In this document: in pieces, positions 30,851 to 40,543 of the stretch
Layout of the letters: each line of letters begins with the position of its first letter
Numbering within the stretch: the first letter of the stretch is position 1
From: Alphaproteobacteria bacterium
GTDB lineage: Bacteria > Pseudomonadota > Alphaproteobacteria > SP197
NCBI GenBank assembly: GCA_964291415.2
Contig: OZ219920.1
Span: 768,001-832,000, forward strand
DNA length: 64,000 nt
Direction of reading: 5' to 3'
Made by a program: the position numbers and the translations under genes
The notes under the pieces: model-generated
What the model was told of the DNA's origin: nothing
Seen by the model: the letters and a program-made list of their open reading frames with translations, nothing else
The model's database searches: none

Positions 30851-31161
30851 CCTACAAAAATGCAGGTATTGAGGGTCTGATAGGGGGGCAGAGAGGGCGA
30901 CCGCAGAAGGGGTCGTGCCCGCGCCGCGCCAGGGCAGGGCGTCCACGACCAGCTGTCCATGGCAAGCGAAAGTGCAACACGTCAGGCGGCATCAATTCCG
31001 ACTGAAAATTGCGCACTTTCGGTGATCGAGAATCTCTCACTGTGGCTCGGTGCGAGGCGCCGGCGGCAGGGCAACGAAGGACCGGCCCGGCTCGGGAAAG
31101 GACGGGCAAAGGCCATCCGGTGTCGTCAGGGACGGTATCCCTTCAAAAACGCAGGTATCGA
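30851..31161. repeat. Imperfect 22-bp direct repeat, two copies
   Basis: CCTACAAAAATGCAGGTATTGA (30851-30872) and CCTTCAAAAACGCAGGTATCGA (31140-31161), 19/22 identical. Confidence 0.7.
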
Positions 31162-31379
31162 CCTGAACGGCACACAAGAAATCTGGCGCGAGAGGCGCCC
31201 GATTCAGGCCGGCCGCTCAACTGTCGGCTGGCTGGGCACCGAAAGACCGGCAACAGGGAGGCCTTGCGGTGCGTGGCGCTTCATGCGTGTGACGCTACCG
31301 GCGACGTCCCGGTGTCGGACGGTCGCCAACCCGCGCTGCATGCGGATTCTCGCTCAACGTGGATGTCATGGGGCCGGGT

Positions 31380-31690
31380 TCGAAAGCGGATGGCGTCGAT
31401 GATCGCGGCCATCGGGGAAGGCCGTTGCGTACGGGACATGCTTTGCGAGCGGGGCGCCTGCCAGGACGAGACCGCTGAGCGCCCCCGCGACATCGCCATC
31501 GTCTGTCGCCGCATGGTCTGGCGCGTCGCCGGGGCGGCCGGCGCCATCCAGGGGCTGATCGGGCGCGTCGTCGTCACACCCGGCACGTGGCGCTTCACGG
31601 CGTCATCCTCGAAGGGGCCGGGACGAGAGCGAGCGACACACCGCGGAACGGAATGTCGGTCCCGGTGGCGGCGAGAGCCCTCTTCGATCC
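31380..31690 (+). pseudogene. Degraded C-terminal remnant of a large serine recombinase/integrase
   Basis: Fragments MASMIAAIGEG..VRDM, DIAIVCRRMV, AAGAIQGLIGRVVVTPG and, after a frame change, ALHGVILEGAG..DTPRNGMSVPVAARA follow the order typical of these recombinase tails. No catalytic domain. Confidence 0.6.
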
Positions 31691-31862
31691 CTGTCGAGCG
31701 CGTTCCGAGTGGCGTGCGAGCAGGGCATCCCATCGGGATGGACGACGATGCAGGATCCCTGGACCGGTTGCGGGTTCGGCCGTGGCGCCGACGGTCCGTT
31801 GCGGCGCTTGACGGGTGGCGTCGCCGGCGGATCATGGGACGGCGAGACGGGGAGTGCGGGTG

Positions 31863-33029
31863 ATGTACCAGACGAACACCAGGGTCGATGCGGTCCAGGC
31901 GCCGCCGATACCGGAGGCCTGGACATGGGTCGAGGGCGTGGAACTGGCGGAGCCTCTGATCGATGTCTGCCAGGCGGTCCCGGCATCTCCTCCGCCTGAC
32001 GAGCTTCTTGCCCACGTGGCCGGGCGGGCGCGCGACGGGTCGACGGCCCGCTATACCGGCATCTTCGGCATGCCGGGCCTGAGGGAAGCCCTGGCGGACG
32101 ACATCAACGCTCTCTATGGCGGCAGCGTCGGCGCGGACGATGTCATGATCACCGCCGGCTGCAACCAGGCGTTCTTCAACACCATGCTGGCCCTGGCGGG
32201 GGAGGGGGACCAGATCGTCCTTCCCGTACCCTGGTACTTCAATCACGAGATGACGGCCCGCATGCTGGGGATTTCCGTCGTGCCTCTCGGCTTTCGCCCG
32301 GACCGTGGCGGTGTGCCGGATCCCGACGATGCCCGCCGCCTGGTCAGCGGCAGGACGAGGGCCATCGTTCTCGTCACGCCGAACAATCCGACGGGCGCGG
32401 TCTACCCGCCTGACGTCGTCGATGGTTTTCTCGAGGTGGCAAGGCAGGCGGGATGCGCTCTGGTCATCGACGAGACCTACCGCGACTTTCTCGGCGCCGG
32501 GATCCGCCCGCACGATCTCTTCACCGACGAGCGGTGGCGCGACACCCTGGTGCATCTCTACAGTTTCTCGAAGGTCTACTGCCTGACCGGTTACCGCGTC
32601 GGCGCGGTGGTGGCCGGCGGACGGCTTCAGGGCGCCCTCGAAAAGGTGTGCGACTGCGTTCAGATCTCGCCGCCGCATCTGGGTCAGGAAGCGGCGCTCT
32701 ACGGCATCCGTCATCTCGATTCCTGGCGGCGCCACAACGCCGGGGTCATGAGCGAACGGGCGCAGGCGCTCGCACGCGCCTTCACCCGCAACGACCTTGC
32801 CTGGGAACTCGTGAGCGCAGGCGCCTACTTCGCCTATGTCCGCCATCCGTTCCGTGGCAGGGGTGCGGTCGAGGTGGCCCGCGCCCTGGCTGTCGACGAC
32901 GGCCTCCTGACCCTGCCCGGGAGCTGGTTCGGTCCCGACCAGGAGGACTACATCCGCCTTGCCTTTGCCAACCTGGACGCGGACGCGATGCCGGTCATCG
33001 CCGGGCGACTGGCGCGCCTCGGCCCCTGA
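31863..33029 (+). CDS. PLP-dependent aminotransferase class I/II
   Basis: ITAGCNQA, VTPNNPTG, IDETY, SFSKVYCLTGYRVG. Confidence 0.92.
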   Translation: MYQTNTRVDAVQAPPIPEAWTWVEGVELAEPLIDVCQAVPASPPPDELLAHVAGRARDGSTARYTGIFGMPGLREALADDINALYGGSVGADDVMITAGCNQAFFNTMLALAGEGDQIVLPVPWYFNHEMTARMLGISVVPLGFRPDRGGVPDPDDARRLVSGRTRAIVLVTPNNPTGAVYPPDVVDGFLEVARQAGCALVIDETYRDFLGAGIRPHDLFTDERWRDTLVHLYSFSKVYCLTGYRVGAVVAGGRLQGALEKVCDCVQISPPHLGQEAALYGIRHLDSWRRHNAGVMSERAQALARAFTRNDLAWELVSAGAYFAYVRHPFRGRGAVEVARALAVDDGLLTLPGSWFGPDQEDYIRLAFANLDADAMPVIAGRLARLGP

Positions 33030-33049
33030 TCACGCCGGTCCTCGGGTGA

Positions 33050-34285
33050 TCAGGCGGAACGCCCCATGCCCGGTTCCGTCGCGTTGACGAGGCACGCCAT
33101 GTTGCCGGAAGCATGGGTGTTGTCATGCATCAGCTGGTGCGCGTGGCCGATCTCGTCGAAGGTGAAGGTCTCGGAGAGGCAGGGATCGATCCGGCGATCG
33201 ATCATCAGCTGGTTGACCGCGGCCGCCTGCTCGTCGTTGGAAAGATGGCTCCCCTGGAGACGCTTCTGGCGCATCCAGTGATAGCGCAGGTCCATGGTGA
33301 TGTTGTAGCCGGTGGTGCCGGCGCAGATGACCACCATGCCGCCGGTGGCGGCCAGGAATCCGCTGGTCGGGAGCGTCGATTCGCCCGGGTGTTCGAAGAC
33401 GATCCGCGGGCTGACCCGCTCGCCCACGGCCTCCCAGAGGGCCTTGCCGAAGGCGCGGGCCCCCTTGACCCAGGCGCCGTATTCCGGGCTCGAGGTATCG
33501 GGCATCGGCCCCCAGTGATCGAAGTCCTTGCGGTTGATGACGCCAACGGCGCCGTTGTCGAGGCAGAACTGCCGCTTGCCCTCATCGGAGACGACGGCGA
33601 CGGCGCGTCCGCCCATGGCCCGGGTGATCTGCATGGCATAGGACCCAAGGCCGCCGGCAGCGCCCCAGACGAGAACCACGTCGCCTTCCTCCACCGTGTT
33701 GGGGGGCCAGCCCATCAGCATGCGATAGGCGGTGGAGGCGCACAGCAGGTAGCAGCCCGCTTCCTCCCACGAGAGGTGCGTCGGCTTGGGCTGGCACTGG
33801 TGGGCCTGGGCCTTGGCGAACTGGCAATAGCTGCCGTAGTTGGTCTGATAGCCCCAGATACGCGTGGTTTCGGCCAGCATGGGATCGCGGCCCGACCGCA
33901 CCCATGGGTCGTCGGGCGGCCACCAGCCCGAATGAACCACGACCTCGTCGCCCGGCTTGACGTTGGTGACGGCGGAACCCACCTTCCAGACGATGCCGGA
34001 ACAGTCGGATCCGCCGGCATGAAAGTCCTCCGGTTCGCCCTGTTTCTGGCGCACGGCGATGACGTCGATGGGGTAGCCGAGCGCCGCCCACACGTTGTTG
34101 TAGTTGATGCCGGTCGCCATGTTGTAGACGAGAACCTCGTCAGCAGCGATGTCGGGAACGTCGATGATCTCCCTCTGCCAGGCGTCCCGCGGTGCGCCGA
34201 AACGATCCTGGCGCACACAAAAGACGTGCATGCGCTCCGGAACCTCTCCGAGGGGGGGCCGCTCGCCCAGCGCGCAGATATCCAT
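33050..34285 (-). CDS. ccr: Crotonyl-CoA carboxylase/reductase (ethylmalonyl-CoA pathway)
   Basis: [56 protein letters not shown]. Confidence 0.92.
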   Translation of the reverse strand: MDICALGERPPLGEVPERMHVFCVRQDRFGAPRDAWQREIIDVPDIAADEVLVYNMATGINYNNVWAALGYPIDVIAVRQKQGEPEDFHAGGSDCSGIVWKVGSAVTNVKPGDEVVVHSGWWPPDDPWVRSGRDPMLAETTRIWGYQTNYGSYCQFAKAQAHQCQPKPTHLSWEEAGCYLLCASTAYRMLMGWPPNTVEEGDVVLVWGAAGGLGSYAMQITRAMGGRAVAVVSDEGKRQFCLDNGAVGVINRKDFDHWGPMPDTSSPEYGAWVKGARAFGKALWEAVGERVSPRIVFEHPGESTLPTSGFLAATGGMVVICAGTTGYNITMDLRYHWMRQKRLQGSHLSNDEQAAAVNQLMIDRRIDPCLSETFTFDEIGHAHQLMHDNTHASGNMACLVNATEPGMGRSA

Positions 34286-34409
34286 GAGTCCTGCTCCCGT
34301 TCCTTGACCTGGCGGGCGTCTTGTCCAATGCCTTGCCACGTGCGTCAAGTCCCCCGCTGCCCTGATGCCCTCCACCCCGGGAGCGTTGAGACACGCTCAC
34401 GGCTGGCCT

Positions 34410-34997
34410 ATGAATCATCCCATGCAGCGTGACCGCGTCCTGATTCCCGTTGAAGGCCTGCGCCTCGCGGCTCTGGGAATCCTCGCGAGCAGGGGGCCGA
34501 TGGACTACGCCGCCCTTGCCACCGCGGTGCGCCTGTTTGCCACGAGCTACGGTGCGTCGCCTGTCGATGTGATGTCGTCCTCCATCGAGCTCCTGCGGTT
34601 CGAGGGCCTGATCGCGATCGGCGACGAGGGTGAGGATGCCGGCAGCGCCCGGGTGACGCTGATGCCCGGGGGACGCGACGAACTCGAGCGCCTCATGCTC
34701 GCGCCGGTCAGGGTTTCCAGCGCCTCCTCGAGACTCATGGTGGCTCTCAAGATCCGTTTCTTTCGCCTCCTCGACACGACAGGACAACGACGGCTGGCCG
34801 AGGTGCTGGGCGATACCCTGAGGAGCGAGAGCGCGCGTCTTGTCAATCTGCGTCGTCACATGGAGGGTGAGGATCCCGGGTTCCTGGCGTGGCTCGACCG
34901 TGATATCGCGCGCACCGGGGAGGATCTGGCGTGGCTCGAGGAAGAGGAAGCGTTGATGACGCGACAACGGCCACGCGATGACGATACATCCACCTGA
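34410..34997 (+). CDS. Conserved hypothetical protein, probable winged-helix (PadR-like) fold, divergent from ccr
   Basis: LRLAALGILASRGPMDYAALATAVR...ELLRFEGLI...VTLMPGGRDELERLM, followed by a helical C-terminus. Confidence 0.65.
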   Translation: MNHPMQRDRVLIPVEGLRLAALGILASRGPMDYAALATAVRLFATSYGASPVDVMSSSIELLRFEGLIAIGDEGEDAGSARVTLMPGGRDELERLMLAPVRVSSASSRLMVALKIRFFRLLDTTGQRRLAEVLGDTLRSESARLVNLRRHMEGEDPGFLAWLDRDIARTGEDLAWLEEEEALMTRQRPRDDDTST

Positions 34998-36360
34998 GAG
35001 CATTGCCTCCGTCTGGCACGAGGCGGAGGCCATCGTCCGTCTTGCGGTCCCGCTCATCCTGACGCACCTCGCGCACATGGCGATCATGGCGACGGATGTC
35101 ATCATGATGGGGCGCATCGGTACCGAGACCATCGCCGCCGGTTCCCTGGCGCGGGACTTCTACTGGGTCATGGTGGCGTTCGCGATCGGCGTGCTCACGG
35201 GAGCGACCCCGGTCATGGCCCAGCACCTGGGGGCCCGCCGTTTCCGGGCGATCCGTCCGGTGGTGCGCAACGCGGCCTGGTTGTGTCTGCCGCTCACGGT
35301 GACCGTTGCGGTCCTTGCCTGGTACGCCTCGCCGATCCTCGTCATGTTCGGCCAGGATCCGGCCATCACCGCCCTGGGAGAGGCCTACCTGCGGGTCATG
35401 ATCTGGGGTCTCCTGCCGTCCCTGTGGTTCGTTGTCCTGAGCGAGTTCCTTGCCGCCCATGCCAGGCCCAGGGCGATCGTCGTGGTCACGGTCCACGCCA
35501 TCGCACTCAACGCCCTTCTCGACTACGCCTTCATGTTCGGCAAGCTCGGCGCCCCCGAACTCGGCCTCGTGGGCGCGGGCGTCGCCAGCGTCATCGTCAA
35601 CTGGGCTATGTTCGGCGCGCTTCTCTGGTTCGTGCATGCCGACCGGCGCCTGCGGCGCTACCGCCTGCTGGGCTATTTCTGGCGGCTCGATCGCGGCGTG
35701 ATGAAGGAGGTCGCCTTCCTCGGCGGGCCGATTGCCATCACGGAAGTCGGCGAGATGGGCCTCTTCTTTGTCACCACGATCATGATGGGCCTGATCTCGA
35801 CGGAGATGCTCGCTGCCCACGCAGTGACCGCCCAGTGCTATGCCTTCGTCTTCATGATTCCGGTCGGCTTTGCCCAGGCGGCAGCGGTGCGTGTCGGCCG
35901 CGGCGCCGGCGCCGGCAGTCCCGAGTGGTCTGCCCGTTCCGGCTGGATGGCGGTGACGCTCTCGGGAATCACGGTCCTGGCGCCCGTCATCGCCTTCTGG
36001 TTCTTCGGAACCGAACTCTCCTCGCTCATTCTCGACGCCGACGATCCCGCCAACGCCCACGCCCTGGGTCTTGCCGTGAGTCTGCTCAGCGTTGCCGCCA
36101 TCTTCATGCTGAGCGATGCGGTGCAGATCACGGCACGCGGCGCGCTGCAGGGACTCAAAGACACCGCGATTCCCATGGTCTACAGCGTCGCCACCAACTG
36201 GGGCCTCGGTCTCCCCTGTGCCGCTGCCTTCGGATTCTGGTTCGGCTGGTCCGGCGAAGGGATCTGGGCCGGCCTCGCCGTGGCCACCACCGGGGCGTCG
36301 CTGCTCCTCATCACCCGGTTCCGCAACCGTCTGCGGATCTTCCATGAGAGCGTCAGGTGA
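34978..36360 (+). CDS. MATE family efflux transporter
   Basis: LAVPLI, DVIMMGRIG, 12 TM pattern, GALQGLKDT. Confidence 0.92.
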   Translation: MTIHPPESIASVWHEAEAIVRLAVPLILTHLAHMAIMATDVIMMGRIGTETIAAGSLARDFYWVMVAFAIGVLTGATPVMAQHLGARRFRAIRPVVRNAAWLCLPLTVTVAVLAWYASPILVMFGQDPAITALGEAYLRVMIWGLLPSLWFVVLSEFLAAHARPRAIVVVTVHAIALNALLDYAFMFGKLGAPELGLVGAGVASVIVNWAMFGALLWFVHADRRLRRYRLLGYFWRLDRGVMKEVAFLGGPIAITEVGEMGLFFVTTIMMGLISTEMLAAHAVTAQCYAFVFMIPVGFAQAAAVRVGRGAGAGSPEWSARSGWMAVTLSGITVLAPVIAFWFFGTELSSLILDADDPANAHALGLAVSLLSVAAIFMLSDAVQITARGALQGLKDTAIPMVYSVATNWGLGLPCAAAFGFWFGWSGEGIWAGLAVATTGASLLLITRFRNRLRIFHESVR

Positions 36361-36459
36361 CGAGCATCCGCCGGGGCTGCGGCTTTCCCGGCCCTGCCGA
36401 TTGGTCTACAACGTGGATGCACGCAAACGACGGCTCCCGATCGGGGAAGGAAGGACACC

Positions 36460-37860
36460 ATGCTGAGGAACACCAGGTACGACGCCAGTGAACTGTGGCA
36501 GAAGGACCACGACCACGTCATTCATCCGTGGACGGATTTCTCACGATGGGACGACAAGGGTTCCGAGATCATGGCCGAGGCCGATGGCATCCATGTCTAC
36601 GACAGCCACGGCAACCGGTTCATCGACGGTATCGGCGGACTGTGGTGCGTCAACATCGGCTACGGCCGCGAGGAGATGGCCGAGGCGATTGCCGAACAGG
36701 TGCGCGCCATTCCCTACTACTCGCCGTTCCACCATCTCTCGACCCCGCCCGCAGGCCTTCTCGGGGCAAAGATCGCTTCCCTGACACCGGGAACCCTCGA
36801 TCACATGTTCTTCGGCACGGGCGGCTCCATGGCCAACGACACGGCCGTGCGCTTTGTCCACTTCTACTGGAACAACCTCGGCCGCCCCAACAAGAAGAAG
36901 ATTGTTTCCAGGGTGGACGCCTACCATGGCATGACCTACATGGCGGCGGCTCTGACCGGCATCGCCTACGACAAGATCGGCTTCGACCAGGCCGACGAGA
37001 TGGTGGTGCACGTCGCCTGTCCCTACACCTACAGGCGCCCCGAGGGCATGACCGAGGCCGAATTCTGCGACTGGCTGGTCGAGGACTTCCGCAAGCGCGT
37101 CGAGGAGGTCGGTGCCGAGAACATCGGCGCCTTCATCGCCGAACCCGTCATGGGCGCAGGCGGTGTGATCGTCCCTCCGGAGGGGTATCACAAGCGCATG
37201 TTCGAGGTCTGCAAGGCCAACGAGATCCTCTACATCTCGGATGAGGTGGTGACCGGGTTCGGCCGGCTCGGCCACTTCTTTGCCTCGGAGGACGTGTTCG
37301 GCATCGTTCCGGACATGATCACGTCGGCCAAGGGCATCAGCTCGGGCTATCAGCCGCTGTCGGCGACCATCGTGTCCCAGGAGGTGTACGACGTCCTCTC
37401 CACGCCCCAGGCCGACGGAGCGCTCTTCACCACCGGCTTTACCTATTCGGGCCATCCGGTGTGCTGCGCTGCCGGAATGAAGAACATCGAGATCATGGAG
37501 CGCGAGGACATACCCGGCCACGTGCGCAAGGTCGGCCCCTACTTCGAGAAACGCCTCGCCGAACTCAACGACCTGCCGCTGGTGGGTGAAACCCGCGGCA
37601 AGTGCTTCATGCTGGGTGTCGAGAACGTCGCCAACAAGGAGACCAAGGAGCTGTTGCCTGCGGAGGTCAATGTCGGAGAGCGCATTGCCGAACATGCCCA
37701 GGCGAACGGAGTCATCGTCCGCCCCCTCGGTCACCTCAATGTCATCTCGCCGCCGCTTATCATGACGGAAGCACAGATCGACGAGTTTGTCGGCGTCCTC
37801 AGGGGCGCCATCCTGGCGACCCAGGACGACCTCGTGCGCGAGGGGCACTGGAAGGGTTGA
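36460..37860 (+). CDS. Class III (omega-amine) aminotransferase
   Basis: DGIGGLWCVNIGYG, AYHG, FIAEPVMGAGG, DEVVTGFGRLG, TSAKG. Confidence 0.92.
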   Translation: MLRNTRYDASELWQKDHDHVIHPWTDFSRWDDKGSEIMAEADGIHVYDSHGNRFIDGIGGLWCVNIGYGREEMAEAIAEQVRAIPYYSPFHHLSTPPAGLLGAKIASLTPGTLDHMFFGTGGSMANDTAVRFVHFYWNNLGRPNKKKIVSRVDAYHGMTYMAAALTGIAYDKIGFDQADEMVVHVACPYTYRRPEGMTEAEFCDWLVEDFRKRVEEVGAENIGAFIAEPVMGAGGVIVPPEGYHKRMFEVCKANEILYISDEVVTGFGRLGHFFASEDVFGIVPDMITSAKGISSGYQPLSATIVSQEVYDVLSTPQADGALFTTGFTYSGHPVCCAAGMKNIEIMEREDIPGHVRKVGPYFEKRLAELNDLPLVGETRGKCFMLGVENVANKETKELLPAEVNVGERIAEHAQANGVIVRPLGHLNVISPPLIMTEAQIDEFVGVLRGAILATQDDLVREGHWKG

Positions 37861-37881
37861 AAGCAGGCCCGGCGGTTTCCG

Positions 37882-38556
37882 TCAGGGATCGCCGGGCACG
37901 CCGTAGCTGGGCGTGTTGCCGGGATCGAGGGCCCGCGTGACGTAGTCGTCCATTTGCGGGCCGAAGACATCCCACACGCGCCTCAGTTCGGCGATGGGTT
38001 CGTCGTGCCAGTCGACCCTGAGGTCGCACACCGGCCACTCGTGTTGGTGGCAGACCTTGATGCCTACCGAGCGCACCGGACCCATTTCGCCTCCGGCTTC
38101 CTCCCCTGCCTCCAGACCGCCGAGCAGGCGTTCCACGAAGGGGGCGTCGGCTGCCGCCTCGAAGGCGCGCACCATGGCGGTGGGAACGCCGGTGCTCGAA
38201 AGCAGGTTGCCGGCGGCAACGGCGTCTTTGCCTTCGGCGACCGCATGGGTCCCCAGGGTGCCCGAGCCCGAATGATGGGCGGTGTGTCCCAGGGAGTCGA
38301 TCATGGCGAGCTGGCGGTAATCCGGCCAGGCCCGCGCCTCGACGAGAATCGCCATGGCCCGTGCCGCGCCGTATCCCCGGGCCAGAAGGTCGAGGCCCAT
38401 GAGGCCCAGACCCGGGTCGGTGATGTTCTGGCTGGCGACGGCTCCGACATGGCCGCGCACCCAGGCGCAGCGGGCAGCGACGGCCGGGCTCGAGGAGGTG
38501 ACCACCACCCCGAACATGCCGGTTCTCCGGCAGCGGGCGGTCAGCGAAAACGTCAT
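37882..38556 (-). CDS. DUF1028 family protein (Ntn-hydrolase-like)
   Basis: MTFSLTARC, GAVASQN, AAGNLL, EAGGE, DLRVDWHDEP. Confidence 0.9.
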   Translation of the reverse strand: MTFSLTARCRRTGMFGVVVTSSSPAVAARCAWVRGHVGAVASQNITDPGLGLMGLDLLARGYGAARAMAILVEARAWPDYRQLAMIDSLGHTAHHSGSGTLGTHAVAEGKDAVAAGNLLSSTGVPTAMVRAFEAAADAPFVERLLGGLEAGEEAGGEMGPVRSVGIKVCHQHEWPVCDLRVDWHDEPIAELRRVWDVFGPQMDDYVTRALDPGNTPSYGVPGDP

Positions 38557-38969
38557 GGTCCGTCCTCCGGGATGACCGCATCGACATCGATTTCCATCAG
38601 CATCTCGGGCCTGGCCAGGGCCTGCACGACCAGGCCAGTCGACACCGGGTAGACTCCCTTGAGCCAGCGCCCGATGACATTGTAGACCGGTTCCCGGTGG
38701 CGCGGGTCCGTCAGGTAGATGGTGATCTTGCAGATGTGGTCGAGCTCGCTGCCGGCTTCCTCGAGCAGGCGCTTGACACAGGACATCGCCATCTCGGCCT
38801 GGGCGGCCGGATCGCCTACGCCATGGAAACTGCCATCGAGATCGAAGCCGGTCTGCCCGCGCATGAAGACGTGGTTGCCGGCTCTCACGACCATGCAGAG
38901 ATCGTTGTCGAGCGTCTGCTCCGGGTACATGTCCCGCGTGTTGAAGGTTCTGAAACGCTGGTGTGCCAT
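38553..38969 (-). CDS. RidA family protein (enamine/imine deaminase)
   Basis: HQRFRTFNTRDMYPEQTLDNDLC, RGQTG, YPVSTGLVVQALARPEMLMEIDV. Confidence 0.9.
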   Translation of the reverse strand: MAHQRFRTFNTRDMYPEQTLDNDLCMVVRAGNHVFMRGQTGFDLDGSFHGVGDPAAQAEMAMSCVKRLLEEAGSELDHICKITIYLTDPRHREPVYNVIGRWLKGVYPVSTGLVVQALARPEMLMEIDVDAVIPEDGP

Positions 38970-38999
38970 GAGGACTCCTGATGATTGGGCCGCTTCCCT

Positions 39000-40448
39000 C
39001 TACCGCGACATGACCCTGTCGGACAGTCCGGCGGCAGACTTGACGAACTCCAGCGGTCCGTTGAAGTCGAAGTTCCGGTAGACCGCGGCCAGGTGGGCGA
39101 AGGGCGGCGACTGGGCAAAGAGCTGGAATGTCACCTTGTGACCGGCGTAGTCGGAGTTGACGAGGTCGCGTCCGAAGGCGAGCAGGCGCCGCCGGTCCTC
39201 GGCCTGCCAGTCATCGTTCACGTTGTAGTACTTGTCCATCCACTCCTTGGTCTCCGGCGCGGTGAAGGCCGGACTGTCGGGTGTGACACAGATCTGCCCG
39301 CCGCACAGCTCGCGGGTGAGATGCATCATGGCCGGCAACTGGGTGCAGGCCAGCACGCGCCCGGTGAAGAGCAGCGATGGATTGGGCATCAGGTAGCCGG
39401 CCGGGCTGCGCTTTGCTTCGGCGATGGCCGCCGTCAGGTGGGCGTTGATGCCCTCGCGATAGCAGGCGAGCTGGGAGAGCTTTTCCATCACGGCCTGCTG
39501 GCGATCGAGGCCCGTCTGCCTGACGTTGAACAGGGCGGTGCCGATCATCAGGTCCGCCATGTGCAGGATGCGCAGCACGAACATGTAGGCGCTGTAGCGG
39601 TGCAGGGCGGCGCGGATGTAGACCGCCGCCTGCGTGTGGCGGTAGAACAGGATGTTCTCCCAGGGCACCAGGACGTTGTCGAAGATGAGCAGGGTGTCGA
39701 CCTCATCGAAGCCGTTGGACAACGGATAATCGGCCACAGGCTTGACGCCGGCGAATCCGCTGCGGCAGATGTGCTTGAGGTTGGGCGCATTCATCGGACA
39801 GATGAAGCCAAGCGCATAGTCCGAGAGCTTCGCGTCGCCCCAGTTGGCAATGGTTGGCTTGACGAAGGCCTGGTGGGCGTAGGCGGCCGCCGTCTCGTAC
39901 TTGGCGCCCCTGACAATGATGCCTGAATCGGTCTCCTTCACCACGTGAAGCAGCATGTCGGGATCCTGGTCCTGCGGCGCCTTGGAGCGATCTCCCTTGG
40001 GGTCGGTGTTGGCCGAGACGTGGAAGATGTCGTTGCCGAGAACATTGGTGATGTGGCGGTCGATGTTCTCGGCCCAGGAGCTGTCGACCTGGTTGAGGAC
40101 ATCCTTGCCGTCGGCAAGCGACCACAGTTCACCGACAGTCTCGTCACCGATGCGGGTCACGACACCGCCGATCTCCTTCATCACCATGTCGATCCACTCG
40201 CGCTTGGTCTGCCAGTCCTCGCGGGTGAAGGGCGGCTGCCAGGCGGTGGCGAAGGTCTCGCCGTTCTCCTCGAAGGTGAGGGTGTCCCTGAAGCGCTCTT
40301 CGTGGGCCATGTCGTAGACCCGGGCACGAACGTCGACGATCGGCCGGAAGGCCGGGTGATCGGGAACGCTCTTCACCCGTTCGCCGGAGATGTAGACCTC
40401 TCGGTCGTCACGCAATGAGTCGCGGTACTCTCTGCCGGTCATCAGCAT
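39000..40448 (-). CDS. 4-hydroxyphenylacetate 3-hydroxylase (HpaB/PvcC)-family flavin monooxygenase, oxygenase component
   Basis: TGREYRDSLRDDREVYISGERV..VPDHPAF, DPKGDRS, GIIVRGAK, YPLSNGFDEVD, FDNVLVPWE. Confidence 0.9.
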   Translation of the reverse strand: MLMTGREYRDSLRDDREVYISGERVKSVPDHPAFRPIVDVRARVYDMAHEERFRDTLTFEENGETFATAWQPPFTREDWQTKREWIDMVMKEIGGVVTRIGDETVGELWSLADGKDVLNQVDSSWAENIDRHITNVLGNDIFHVSANTDPKGDRSKAPQDQDPDMLLHVVKETDSGIIVRGAKYETAAAYAHQAFVKPTIANWGDAKLSDYALGFICPMNAPNLKHICRSGFAGVKPVADYPLSNGFDEVDTLLIFDNVLVPWENILFYRHTQAAVYIRAALHRYSAYMFVLRILHMADLMIGTALFNVRQTGLDRQQAVMEKLSQLACYREGINAHLTAAIAEAKRSPAGYLMPNPSLLFTGRVLACTQLPAMMHLTRELCGGQICVTPDSPAFTAPETKEWMDKYYNVNDDWQAEDRRRLLAFGRDLVNSDYAGHKVTFQLFAQSPPFAHLAAVYRNFDFNGPLEFVKSAAGLSDRVMSR

Positions 40449-40516
40449 CTGACATGTCCTTCCCTTGCTGAAGCGAGCGCAGAGGTTGACAGGATTGCGG
40501 CTTCCAGCAAAACATT

Positions 40517-40539
40517 TTCTATCGACACATTGCATAGAA
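40517..40539. promoter_or_regulatory. LysR-type T-N11-A operator
   Basis: Perfect inverted repeat TTCTAT-N11-ATAGAA between the divergent monooxygenase and lysR starts. Confidence 0.7.
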
Positions 40540-40543
40540 TAAA

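Noticed and set aside
30851-31161. 22-bp repeat pair as a CRISPR array
   Set aside because: Only two copies, a 267-bp gap and no cas genes.
31009-31863. 284-aa ORF as an intact gene
   Set aside because: Only its middle resembles a recombinase tail and the similarity continues in another frame, so it is treated as a pseudogene fragment.
39000-40448. Calling the oxygenase hpaB of 4-hydroxyphenylacetate catabolism
   Set aside because: No hpaC or homoprotocatechuate genes nearby, and the RidA/DUF1028 context points elsewhere, so no symbol was assigned.
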